Assembly: GCA_030390025.1 (NCBI GenBank)
Contig: CM059430.1
Span: 62,744,001 to 62,808,000, forward strand
Length of the DNA stretch: 64,000 nucleotides
From: Squalus acanthias
Taxonomy: Eukaryota
Reading direction: 5' to 3'
Shown: piece after piece, positions 49,900-62,137 of the stretch
Layout: every line of letters begins with the position of its first letter
Numbering within the stretch: position 1 is the stretch's first letter
Made by a program: the position numbers and the translations under genes
Notes under the pieces: model-generated
The model's database searches: none
What the model was told of the DNA's origin: nothing
What the model saw: only the letters and a program-made list of their open reading frames with translations

Positions 49900-52800
49900 T
49901 TAAATCCTGTTTAGTCTCTGCCTTATGTGGCCTCTGGATGTCGTGTACACCTGGGTGTAGTGTGGCCTGTACCACCGGACCCAGAAGCCCTTCCTCAAAA
50001 CCGCTGGGGGTATCTTAACATCCCAGCTGCGTCCTGTGCTGCAGCACACTACCCCCTTTGGTGTGGCTGCAGCGCCCTCGTTCATATCTGTGGGCTCCTC
50101 CCAGCCTGAGGCTGCAGGCGGGGGACCCTTCTCTCTCTCTTCTCCCAGTACTACCTCTCCTGTGAAACCCTCACTGTTGGAGGCTGTAGGCTGGGAATCC
50201 CCAACTTTAGAACGCTCCCTGCTCTTGGGCGCTCTTCTTCGGGTTGCAACCCTTTTTGGGTGGGACCCTCTAAACAGATACACCTGTGGCCGCAGTAGCC
50301 TTTGCTGTGGTGTGCGGGGAAACCTTCTTAGGGCTCTGGCCACTGGGGGTGTGCTTGAGTCCCACATAATCGGTGGAGTGACCTCTGCTGTGAAACAACA
50401 CACTGTCCCTCCCGCTGCAGCTTGTGCGTCTGCCACAGCTGCGGCTGGCTGAGGATTTCTAACTTGGGGGCAGTCCACCTTTGCCGGCTGTTCCCTTTTA
50501 GGTTTAAACAGTTTGCATTGGTTGATGTGAAACCACTTTGTATGGCGGGGCATCTTTATGGCATAGACCATGGGGCTTGCCTTGTCTACAATGTTGTAGG
50601 GCCCCATGTACAATGGTTCGAAACTCCCTACCCGGGCAAAATTTCTCACTATGACCTGATCTCCAACCTCCCACTCGTGGTGCTTGCGGGGTTCCAGCAG
50701 CAATCGGTTACCCCGATGCTGTTTTCCCATGTTACTCGCAGCCTGCCAGTGGACCTGTTTAAGGTGGTCCAACAGATTCCTGACGAATCTGTCCCGGTTC
50801 ACCTCCCTGAGCTGCCCTTCCGTGAGCACCGGGGCTAGCACATGGGTGGGGGTCCGCATAATCCTGCCAGTCATGAGCTGGTGTGGGGAATACCCCGTGC
50901 TTTTTGACTGGCTGGCCCGGATCCCCATTAGGACCAACGGTAAGGCTTCTACCCACTTTTTGGGTGAGTCTCCCATCTCCTTTCGCAGCCTTTCTTTGAT
51001 GGTACGATTTAAACGCTCCACAATCCCTGATGACTGTGGGTTGTGGGCGACGTGCCATTTCCCTTCTATGCCGAGTACCCTGAGGGTCTCTTGCATGACC
51101 TGCCCAGTAAAGTGACTCCCCTGGTCTGACTCCACATACTGTGGGAGCCCCCATCGTGAGAACACTTCCCTGACCAGGATCCTGGCTGTACCCAAAGCGG
51201 TAGCTGTTCGACATGGAAAAGCTTCCACCCACTTTGAGAACACATCCACCAGGACTAGGCAGTATTTGTAGCCTCCCTGAGCGGTGGGTAGGGGCCCGAT
51301 GTAGTCGACCTGGATCGACTGCCATGGTCCCTCTACCCTCCTGATGTGTCCCATAGATACCTTCCTTTTCTGGGGGTCAGGGTTGTTAGCAGCACACACC
51401 AGACAGCCTGCACAGAACTCACGGACATCCTCCCTCAGTCCTGGCCACCATCCTGCCTGTTCCACCCGCTGCCAGGTGGTCTCAGGCCCGGGATGCCCCA
51501 CTCCTGGACCCTCATCGGCCAGTTGGAGGAATTCCCTTCTGTGCTGCTGCGGCACTACCCATTGTTCCCCCCTGAACAGCATGCCTTCTTTGTGGGTGAT
51601 GGTTGCTGCGCCGTATGGGCCTTCCACCTTCTCCCCTCTAGCCAGCGTTTCCAGGACAGTTTTTAGGATGGGATCCTGTGCCTGGACCGTCTTTAGGTCC
51701 GGGGTCAATGCTACCCCTGCACTCCCTTGGGTCCCTCCTCTGCCTCTGATTGCTGCTACCGGGTTTGATCCATATGGATCCCACAACGTGCCAGTACTGG
51801 CGCCCTCTTTGGCCAGCATGTCGGCTTGGTGATTGCCCTCTGCGCGGGGCTCTACCTTGGAATGGGCCTTCACCTTTTGGATGTAGACCCTACCTTCCTC
51901 CCCTACTGCCCTCATGATATTCTCCAACAGAGGCTTGATGGCCAGGGGTCTCCCATCAGCGGAGATGTATCCACGACGGGACCAGATGGCCAGCTACACT
52001 GTACATGAATTTCATGTGAACATGCTGTCCGATCAAATCGTGTATGGGGTAGGGAATTCCTCGGGGGGTGTGACTACATACACCACCGCAGACAGTTCAG
52101 CCTGCTGGGCACTCATGGTACTGGGGAGCTTGATTGCCAGAGCAATGCCTGCCTCTGGGTTATAAATCCCACACCCTGTGAGTCGTTTTCCAGCTGATAC
52201 TGTGCTTGAACCGTCCACATAGATTTCGCGGCCTGTGGGGTGTATCCCAGCTCGCAAACCTATGTTGACTTCCCATACCCCTTCAACGGAACACCGGTGG
52301 GCTGTCCCTGAGTAAATCATGTTGGCTGTGAGCTTTGGCTCGTAGAGACCTTTTACCCTCAGATCCATTTGTGAGAGAAGCAGGGTCCAGCGAGCAATGC
52401 GGGCACTGCTCACTGTCCCATCTTTAATTCTCCCATCCAAGAGCATCTGGGTGGGCGTGTGGTGAGTGAGGAGTGTGATGGGAGAGGTGCCTGTGAAGAT
52501 CAATGATCTTTTCACAGCCCAGTGAGTGGCTAGGAGGTGCCTCTCACAGTTGGAGTAGCTCCTCTCCACATCAGTGAGTATTCTGGAGGAGTAAACCACT
52601 GGTCTCAGCTTGCCATGCCTCTCTTGGAGCAGCACTGCACTCAGACTGTCCCCACTGGCTGCTACCTCCAGGAAAAACTCTTCCCCTCCATCAATCGCCC
52701 CTAGAGCCGGTGCGGTCTGCAGATCTCTCTTAAGTTTCACAAAGGCAGCCTCGCAACCCTCATCCCAAACCCACTCCACTCCCTTGTGTAGGAGTCGGAG

Positions 52801-54174
52801 CAGAGGGGCTGCTGTGGCTGCGTAATCCTCAATGAAATCTCTGCAGTACCCAGTTAGCCCAAGAAAAGACCTTACTCCTGTAACTGTGTTGGGGGCTGGT
52901 AACTCCTGAACTGCTTCCCTTCTAGCTTTGTCAATGGCCCTCTCCCCTGCTCGCACAGCCAGGCCCAGGAATTTGACTTCCCGCTGGCCAATCTGTGCCT
53001 TTTTGGGGTTTACTTTAAAGCCCTCTTGCCTGAGCAGTTCCAGCAGTTCTGCCAGAAGGGGACCATGTTCCTCTCCCTCATCGGTAAAGAGGAGTAGGTC
53101 GTCCACATACTGGACCAGCTGATGGGGCCTGCTGAAGCCCTTCAAGCAATTCGCCATACATTGGTGAAAAATGCTTGGGCTGTTGTGGAAACCCTGGGGC
53201 AGACAGTTCCATGTGTGCTGTTGGCCTTTAAATGTAAAGGCGAACTTGTACTGATCCTCTCTCCTTAGAGAGATGGACCAGAACCTGTTGGAAATATCCA
53301 GCACTGTAAAGGTGTTCGCAGATGCTGGGATACTTCCAATGAGGTCGGCTATGGCTGCAACCGTGGGGGCACAGGCGGGGATGTTTCGGTTGAGCACTCG
53401 ATAGTCTACTGTGGCCCTCCAGGAGTTGTCTGGTTTTCTAACCGGCCACAGTGGGGAGTTCACGTGGGTAACTATAGGTCTCAATACCCCCTGCTTGACT
53501 AAAGAAGTCAAAGCCGTTTCCAAGTCTGTCTCAGCTTCCCTGGGGAAGTTATACTGCTTTTGTGGGCGGTTCATGGGGTCCCCAATCACACTAACCTCGA
53601 CCCCGGTTACCCTCCCACAGTCGTGCTTGTGAGTGGCAAATGCTGCGAGGTATTCCTGCACAAATGCCTGGTACTCCATTGGAGTGTTACTGACCATGAG
53701 TTCGAGGTCGTAACCCTCCTTTGGTTTTACTGTGCACAAGGTCCCCTTGCCTTGTGCCTCCGAGATGACTGCTACCTCACTACCCTTTTGGGTACATGCT
53801 CCCCATAGACAGTGGTTCCTTAAATCCACTAAAATCCTGTGGCCTGTGATAAAGTCGGCCCCCAGGATCCCCTTCCCTTCTTGCTCCCACTTCATTAGGA
53901 CACAGGTCCACTTGGTGTGGAGCGTTCCCAAATGAATGGACAGCGGAATGGAGAATGAGCCAGCCTGCTCGTTACCTGTGAATCCCACTAGGCTGTACGG
54001 GACCCCGTTAGACAGAGGTGAAGTGGCTGGGTTATCTGAATAAATGAGGGTGCTCGAAGCTCCTGTGTCTAACAGATAGGTCCCTTCTACCTTTTCTACC
54101 TCCATCTTAACATGCGGTCTCTTCCAGGCATCATACTCGAGGGGACACAGGTAGACCGGCTGTGCTAGCTCCAG
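49900..54174 (-). pseudogene. pol: pol: protease, RT, tether RNase H, RNase H, integrase (three clustered stops)
   Basis: LLDTGA; LPQGFHNSP and YVDD; FFLEVAAS..AVLLQ..RPVVYSSR; IYVDGSS..AQQAEL..SDS; IQVDYIG/ESDQG/VERLN DDE triad; GPY motif. One frame, stops only at 52035, 52014 and 51996. Confidence 0.95.
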
Positions 54175-55999
54175 TCATGCCTCTGGGTTGGGTGGGGCAG
54201 ATGGGATTAGAGAGCCAGTGGCTGTAGCCACCTTCCCTGGGCCATCAAACAGGACTCTGATGGCCGCTACTATTGTGTCCAGTGTGGGGGAAGAGGTCGG
54301 TGCCTCTACTTTTGGGGCAGGAGTTGGGGACTTCTTTGCTAGGCTATCCGTCCAGGGATTCCTACAGTCCTTTCTCCAGTGCCCAGTCTTCCCGACACCC
54401 GAAGCAGCTACGCTTCGTGTCGGAAGGTTTACCACCTTCCTGGTGCCACTCCTTCTTATCCTGACTGGGCTTTATCTCATGCACCTTCCCTTTCGGTGGG
54501 GTGTCTTCAGCTCCCCTACCGTTCCGGTAGGCTAGGGTCAGTTGCCTGACCACTGCCTCCTCGGTGACCCGGGGATCTCTTGGGTCAAACCAAAGCTCAG
54601 CCTTGGCTTTGACTCATGGCAAGCTGTTTGCCACTAGGCTACGGAGCCAGTGGGCCAGCTCGTCCCTGTTCAGGTTAGCCCTGTCGAGAGCCCCATTACA
54701 AGCACCCCTGTACACCGGCCACAGCCTGTCTGCGAAAGCCTGTGGGGTCAACCCTGCGAGCTGCACTGTTTTCTCCACCCGGGAGAAAGGACTTCCCTCA
54801 TTCATTCCCGTGGCCTCTAAAACTTCTTCTCTGACGGCCGCATACCTGTTCTGTCCTCTCTTGCTCTCAGTAGAGAGGGACTGGTATAATTTGCCATCTA
54901 ATGAGAACAGGAGCATTTTTGCCATTTCAGCATCGTCACAATCATTGATGCCTGCTGACTGCTCTACCTCCATGAAGTGGACTGAGGTGTCTTCCTTTTG
55001 GGTAAGTTTACTCAGGTGGCTTACCATAGCCCTAAGCTGTTGTGTACCGTGGAGAGCCAAGAATTGACTTTCAAGGGGTCCCTGACCTCCACCACCGGCG
55101 GGCGGGCCGAATTTTTGCTGTCATGCTCGGCACATTGGCCCTGGCTCCGACTTCTCCTGCATCGGTTCGCCCCCCTCTCCCTGCTGCCAGACCGAGTCAA
55201 AACTCGGCGCCACAGGTGCTGGTGTGCACTCCCTGTCCACCTCACAGATTGTCTGCCCCTCCTGCTGCCTAACCAAGCTTCTCCTTGGCGCCACAGGTGG
55301 TGGTCAAACAGTCTCCCCCTGCTCCTCCAGGTCTACCTGGGCCGCACCCGGGCTTATCAGGCACAGCATGCCTTTTGTCTTGGACAGAGCAAGGTTCAGA
55401 CTCTCAATCTGCTTCTGACAGGTGCCGTGGTCCCCTATCTCAAACTCCCTTGTACTGGCTACTCTGTAGGCTGCCTGAACATCATTTAACTTCTGTGTGA
55501 GTTCCCTTAATTGCTTGGCAAGGCGGGTGTTCTCTTCCCACAATGCCAGTTCACTACTTTTGTCCTCGGTGGCCTGACACTGGAGGTATCCCTTACTGGC
55601 ACGGTGTTCCTCCAGCATCTGTGACTGTTCCTGATCTTTTGTGCCGAGCTCTGCTAACAACCTATCCCCTGCTATAGCTCTGGCACGGGACAGTTGGCTT
55701 TCTTCCTTTAGCTCTTCTGTGAGAGCCTGAATGCGCTTCCCCATAAGCTGCATTTGTTTCTGGGAGCAAACCAACCATATGGCTTTCTCCACAGACTTAT
55801 TGTATTCCTTGCTCTCAGTCCATGCAGCTGCAGCGTCCATAGGACGTTCAGCATGCAACAGCCTGAGGACCCATTTCTTGGTGATATTTACTTTTTTATA
55901 TACATAGGATGACATCCTCTCTTCCATTTTTGTTCTCTCCTCAAAACCAGCATTTACTGCTTCACAACCCTTTTGCCAAAGTCCTGCCGCGGTCGCCAT
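54175..55999 (-). pseudogene. gag: gag, disrupted (coiled-coil N-terminus, capsid-like region, CCHC knuckle)
   Basis: ORF pieces 55999-55304, 55060-54614, 54553-54362, 54435-54175; the knuckle CFGC-GKTGHWRKDC is split by a +1 frameshift near 54394. Confidence 0.85.
55981..55998 (-). promoter_or_regulatory. Primer binding site, tRNA-Arg(TCG)
   Basis: Minus strand TGGCGACCGCGGCAGGAC, 4 nt inside the 5' LTR; the plus strand reads GTCCTGCCGCGGTCGCCA, which I recognise as the 3' end of vertebrate tRNA-Arg(TCG) plus CCA. Confidence 0.85.
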
Positions 56000-56002
56000 T
56001 TA

Positions 56003-57263
56003 TGTAAGGGGTATCTTAATGGGGTCAGCCTTCACTTTCTGACACAGTGAGTGGTTCGAATCGCTCCCACGCCCTCTGGTTCCTAAACTTTGGACATATT
56101 TAGGGGTTGTGAACAAAATTGCAGTAAACAACAGGTTCTGATGAAAGAATTTTACTTTATTAAAAGAAAAAGGTAACAAACTTGAAACACACTTATTACT
56201 TAAACACAGATTGGGGAGCACACGGTACAAGCAAGGGACAATGACAATATATCAAACAAAACCTTATCCCTCCCAAAGATCCCACTATCTAGCTAGGTTT
56301 TTGGTTTCAGGAGATCAGGGATAATGCTCACCAACGAATCCTTGACAGGATTTTAGAGTCTTTTGTTTAAAAGACTCCGTAAGGCCCTTGTTGCTGCGAG
56401 GTGTCCGATGGTCACTGAGGCAGTCGCTCTGGTTTCTTCTTGCGTGCTGGTCTATTTTCTGGCCTTCTTCCTCGTGGCTTGTGGTGGTTTTTGCTGGAGC
56501 AGGGAGAGAGCTGTGTCCACGTAGTCGGCGAGTCCGAAAGAGAGAGAAGTTATGGCACAGGCTTTCAATTATACTGTTTCTTTTTCGCGCCCAAAAAACC
56601 CCTTACTAAAACGGATTCCTTTAGGTTGCAAATGAACCTTGCTTAGTCCAATTGTCTAGTTTTGGCAGGCTTGTGAGTTCCGATGGCTTTTGCTCAGTGT
56701 TAAACATGTCTTGATCGTTTTCCGATTTAAACATAGCCTTATCTACGCGCCAAATCTCCACCCTATTGTCCTAGGTCTTTTGGCGGGCTTTCTTAACTGC
56801 GCTGGTCGATACTTGGCTGATGGGTTTTTGATGGGATAATGGGCTATGAAACTGTGTGCTGGAAGTTTTATTGTCAGGAATCGGTTTTAGATTTCGAGCA
56901 TCCTGTTTGCACCTGGGGATTTCAATAGGGTTCTTGGCTTATTCATATTTGAATGTGTTTGTGAGTTTTTGCTTTGTCTCTTGCACCTTGGTAGGATTTG
57001 CAATGTAAACAATTCCCAGACAGCTTGATCTGTTCACTGCCTGGCCACGCCCCTTGCAGCTTGTCTTGTGTCTGTGAAAGGTGTCTCTCCCAACAGTAAG
57101 ATTCAAAAGTCAGTTTCCTCAGGTTTTTATCTTCCCTGATCTTTAGGTTTTTACACCAAATCACTTCACTTAGGTCCCATCATCCCAAGTTTGTATGAAA
57201 GGTCCAAAAATCACTCCCTTTAGGGCTCTGTTCGAGTTTCTGGGGGATTTTGCGAAGCCTACA
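56003..57263 (-). repeat. 5' LTR (1261 bp)
   Basis: tgtaagggg...gcctaca, adjacent to the PBS; roughly 30-35 differences from the other LTR by manual count. Confidence 0.95.
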
Positions 57264-57302
57264 GATGAGAATTAGGAGGGGGCCAAGTGTAGATCTAAGG
57301 GG

Positions 57303-57439
57303 CAATAGCAAAATACTGTGGATGCTGGAAATCTGAAATAAGAACAGAAAGTGCTGGAAACACTCAGCAGGTCAGGCAGCATCGAGGAGAGAGAAACAGA
57401 GTCAATGTTTCGGGTCGAACCCTTTGTCAGAACCCTTCA
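57303..57439 (-). mobile_element. Short Penelope-derived element with degenerate hammerhead core
   Basis: Minus strand CTGACAA..GAAACATT; TSD tagatc(t/c)aagggg at 57290-57302 and 57440-57452. Confidence 0.7.
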
Positions 57440-59019
57440 TAGATCCAAGGGGGACTGCAAAGGTAACAGAACGGGTAGAGAAGCCATTGCAGGAAATTCT
57501 GTGGCTAAACGTGGTCGAATGGATCCAGAGCAAAATTTATTTGCAAAAAATTAATTTGGATAAAGGGAAGCATCTATTGGCTTGCGCTTCCCATTATTGT
57601 TAGCGGCGCTGTGAATAAAGAAAAGAAAAACATTTTCCCTCTATTATTTTCTGTGCTTCCAATTGTTTTGAAATTTATTGCAATCTAGTTGAATCTGCTG
57701 TAAGAATCTCTTTGTGAGATCTCTGATTCCGTCTGATTCAGTATTGACCCATATTGATGGCAGTGATTAAAACTTTATTCAACACAAGCAAGAATCAATA
57801 CAATTACTGTATCTCAAGCAGGAGTGTACAAGGTATAATTAAGAGTTATACTACCCCATTTATGCCTTGGGTAAAACTCACAGTAAGAGTTGTCTGCTCT
57901 CTCTGGCTCGTGCCCTGAATTCTCCTCAAGTCTTCTGCAATTTACAACTGTCAGGATTCCCTTCTTATACACTGTTCTCTCCAAAGCAATTATGAATTTG
58001 CCTCCCTCCCTTTGATTGGCTTTCTCGTGGCCCACGTAACATTTCCCAGTCCTTCCCTTCAGTACTTTTCCATCATGCATAGTCATTTCAGTGGGTGTTA
58101 TTTTGCATATAGTGGCCTTTTCCTTATCTGTCTAGTGAGTCTCCCTCATCAGTCTGGTGTCTGTGTGTTTCAGCAGACTGCAGCCTTTGTCGACATTCCT
58201 CAGCCTGCTTGATTTTCTCAAGTCTGTGACTTTATGCCTTTCCAATGTGCCATTCTTTAATTACGTGTGCTATTATAAAATAGTTGCTCTTTATTAGTCA
58301 AACTACTCATGATTTTTCCATCTGCCTTTACGCTAAGCTGGTTACCTCGTCGTTTAAACTTAAGTGTGATTGCAAGCATATATTCATGTGTATAAAGAAA
58401 ATAAGTATTAACAAATTAATAAACAAATTGCCTATAATCTTTCAATCCACACCTTGAGGAGTGACGCTATCTCCGACCTCTCGTTTAATCTTATTTCTTA
58501 TCCTGCTGCAGGAGGTCTACTAATTCTAAGTTATTAGCACGTCAACTAATTACATACATTTCAAGCAACAGATCATGATACAGACAAAGAAAATCATAAT
58601 ACATTGGACAGAAAGCTAAAGTTTACTATATCAATAAATCATGGACTTAAAAGGTTCTATGGACTAGAAATTCGTTATAGCCAAGGAATGCACGGTGCCA
58701 GTAGAAAAGTTGGAGAATTAGCACCAGGCGCAAATGCTTTAGACTGCATGCAAAATTCGTGCTCACTGCTCAAAGAAATTATTGGAGTCCTAATTCAAGT
58801 CTTAAAACCCAAGCTCATTGGCGTTACACTCAAAGGGTGGACCAATATCAGGTGCAGTCTAATCGCAAGTCATGATTAACACATGCTTTTTTCACTACTT
58901 AAAGGGGAGGTTCATAGATGCTGCAGCACCTCATTCTCAGCATTGCTGGCTGTGCAGCTGCCTCAGCAAGCAAAAGCAGAACAAGTAGAAGGAGCCAGAG
59001 GATTGTACCAGGTGTGCTC

Positions 59020-60704
59020 ATGGCAGATCCATGTCCCAGGGAGAGAGCCCACAGATTTTCCAATGAAGCATTGGAGGCCTTGGTTTTTGCTGTGGAGAGA
59101 CGGAGGGCGGTGCTCTACATAGCAAGTGGCAGTATTCCCTCACCACAAGTCTTCCACACCATGTGGAGGGAGGTAGCGCAGCACATCTCAGGCAGCACTG
59201 TGGTCCCCAGGACCCACACACAGTGCAGGAAGAAATTTTACGACCTCACTCATGTGGTCAGGGTGAGTGAATGCTTCAACAAATGCTACATACCACCATA
59301 TGAACCACAATCTTCACACACTGCCCAAAACACCACACCCCCAGCACTCACCGACCAACAATCTCTACCTACCAACACCACATCTCACATCTTGTGCACA
59401 ATGACATCTATTCAACTATGGCAGGCACATCACCCAAACACCTTGCTCCACACTCAGTCACACACTTTCCTTACTCTGGCAGGCCAAGGCGGCTCACAAC
59501 AGGAGGGAGCAGGAGTGCACAGGCAGGGGACAAGCTGACACCCAACCACTGTCTGCACTGGAAAATAGAGTGCTGCAGATTATTGGGTGCCAGGTGGTGG
59601 GTGCCGTGGCCACCAGCGGTGTTGACCCTCTTGAGGACAACAACGGTATGTTCATCCCTACTCCTTCTTCTCACATCCCACTTCCCCCTTACCTCACAAG
59701 CATTTCGCAATTTCCAACTAATCATGCTGTATGTATGTACTTCTCCCTTCCTGTCCCCTCCCCTCACCTTAACCTGTCTCTTGCACCTTTATGCTTTCAG
59801 ATAATCAGCAAGCACCTGAGCAGCCTGTCCCTGAGGGCACTGTAGAGAGTAATGTGGGAGAAGAGGAGGAGGAAGAACACACCGCATCACTGCATGTCTC
59901 ACCCGCAGGCACCAGCTCAGATACTGGCACTACGCATTCTTTAGAGGCTAGTATAGTAGTGGGATCTGCACAGGGTGATGCACCGGGGATGAGCGGGATG
60001 CAGCAAGGCCAGGGGGAAAGGATAGCTTTGGAGCCAGCTCCCCAGAGGGCGAATTTGCAGCGAGTTCTGCTGCACAGGACTCATATGAGGACATTGATGG
60101 GCAGGCCTTTAGAAGAAGGGTGATGGGCATGCACACAGAGATGATAGGTATAATGGCAAGGGTGCCCGAGAGCCTCTCTGCAATGGTAAAGAGCGTGGAG
60201 TAGTCCACCTCCAACATTGTACAGAGCTCTGTGCACACCATGGAGCCCATCATTTCCACTCTGCAAAGGATGATAGACTCCCAGAGAGACCGTGGCAACC
60301 CAAACCTGATGCTATGTGTGATGGGCGATCTGGCAGCTTCCATTGCAGCACATGTGGAAGTGACACAATGTCTTAGTGCTGTAATGCAGTCTATGCTTGG
60401 TGGCATTCAATCTCAGACTGCTCTCATGCAGTGTCAGCTTGATGCAACGCAAGCTCTGACTGCTGCCATCGTTGCTGAGTCTACCACTGTCAACTGGGGC
60501 TTTCACTGTGACACAGCAGACCAGAAATCCAGGCCCAGCGCTGGTCAAGGGCATCCTGCAAGGCCATCTGAAATCTCCCACACATACTCTAAGCAGTCTT
60601 CCACCAGCCGTGCTGCAGCCACTGGGACAACACTTCATAGGAGCACTAGCATAGGCAAAGGCACAGTAACGAGAGGCACTAAGGGATTGCACAAGAGTGA
60701 ATAG
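59020..60704 (+). pseudogene. Harbinger Myb/SANT-like DNA-binding protein, intron-containing, disrupted
   Basis: RFSNEALEALV..WREVAQHIS..RTHTQCRKKFYDL; donor AGG|gtgagt near 59262, acceptors near 59482 and 59800. Confidence 0.75.
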
Positions 60705-60876
60705 GTAATATTGTTGTTGTAAATATGTACTCACTGATTTTTGATAAATTTATTAATTCAGTTTGGATTATTTTATGGTTTCTCTCATTTCAGCTTTGCG
60801 CTGTGGTATGGCTTGCGACAGGCATGGAATGATATGGATGTGGTGAGCAACAAGGATCTGGGGTTTAATTTATTGG

Positions 60877-62075
60877 AACCGCAGTCTGATGAGGTGGTCA
60901 CAGACCACCCTTCCAGCGGGCCGATTGAGTGGCTGCCTCCACCCTCACTCCTGTTCCTCCTCCTCCTCCTCAACTTCCTCTTCCTCCTCGTCCTCCTCCT
61001 TGTCTCACTCTTCCTCCTCATGAGGTGGTCCCGCAATCCCTGGTGGCAAGGGCTGGGTCCTCATGATGGCCAAGTTGTGGAGCTTGCAGCAGACCACAAC
61101 GAAATGGAACAGCCACTCACCCAAGTACTAGAGGGCTCTTCCCAAGCGGTCAAGGCAGTGGAACCATTGCTTGAGCAACCTGATGGTCTGCTCGATGATG
61201 TTCCTGGTGGCAGCATGGCTGTCATTATATGAGTGCTGGGCAGGAGTGTTGGGGTTGCGGAGGGAAGTCATGAGCCATGTGGAGAGCGGATAACCCTTCT
61301 CTCCGACCAGCCAGCTGTGAGCTTGATGTGGTGGCTGGAAGAGTGCTGGCACACCGGTCTGGCACAGGATGAAGGCATATTGGCTTTTGCCATGATAGTG
61401 GGCATTCACATTGAGGATTCGCTGTCTGTGGTCACACACCAAATGCACATTAAGTAAGTGGTAGCCCTTGTGGTTACAGAAGATCTCAGATTGTTATGCA
61501 TTGCCTGCAAAGCCATGTAGGTGCAGTCAATGGCACCCTGCACCATGGGGAAGCCCGCTATTCTCACAATGCCACATGCACATTCGTCCTGCTTCTCTGG
61601 TGATGGGGAAGGAAATGTAGTCCCCTCTCCTACTGTAGAGAGCATCTGTGATCTCCCGGATGCAGTGACGGATGGTGAACTGCTAGATGTTAGCAATATC
61701 TCTTATTGCAGACTGGAAGGATCTGCTGGCGAAGAAATTGAGGGCGGTAGTGACCTTGACTGCCACTGTGAGAGCTGTGGTTGCCCTGATCTGAGGCTGG
61801 AGGTCTGGTTGCAGGAGATGGCAGAGTTCTGTGACCACCTCCTTGCTGAAATGGAGCCTTCTAATACACTGCTCCTCACTTAATTGGAGGTAGGAGAAGT
61901 GCTTTCAGAATACTCTCGGTGGGTAAGGCCTCCTGTTGAGAGCCCTCATGGCCCTCCTATTCCCTCTGGCCACATGTTCCAATCTTTCTCGCTGCCTCCG
62001 CTCCCTCCACCATAGATCCTGGAGGGCGAGGTCGATTGCCAGTAAAGTTGCCATTAATGTAACCAAGTGTGGCAT
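60877..62075 (-). pseudogene. Harbinger DDE transposase (HARBI1-like), frameshifted
   Basis: GFPMVQGAIDCT, LVCDHRQRIL, WLVGEKGYPL, RNIIEQTIRLLK; acidic C-terminal tract. Confidence 0.85.
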
Positions 62076-62137
62076 TTTAATAAATGTAACTAATTTTTTA
62101 GGAGCCACAACACTCCTGATAAGGTCCCGCATAAGAG

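Larger units (their letters stand above)
45804..57263 (-). mobile_element. Full-length endogenous provirus, LTR-gag-pol-env-LTR (lokiretrovirus-like)
   Basis: TG..CA LTRs, TSD GATG (45800-45803 and 57264-57267), PBS, PPT, gag/pol/env ORFs. Confidence 0.95.

Noticed and set aside
55981-55998. tRNA-like sequence
   Set aside because: Only the 3' 18 nt including CCA; it is a PBS, not a tRNA gene
57814-58510. Possible small minus-strand exons with Tyr-containing peptides (tail of another receptor?)
   Set aside because: Weak splice signals, no similarity to exons 4-6, no consistent model
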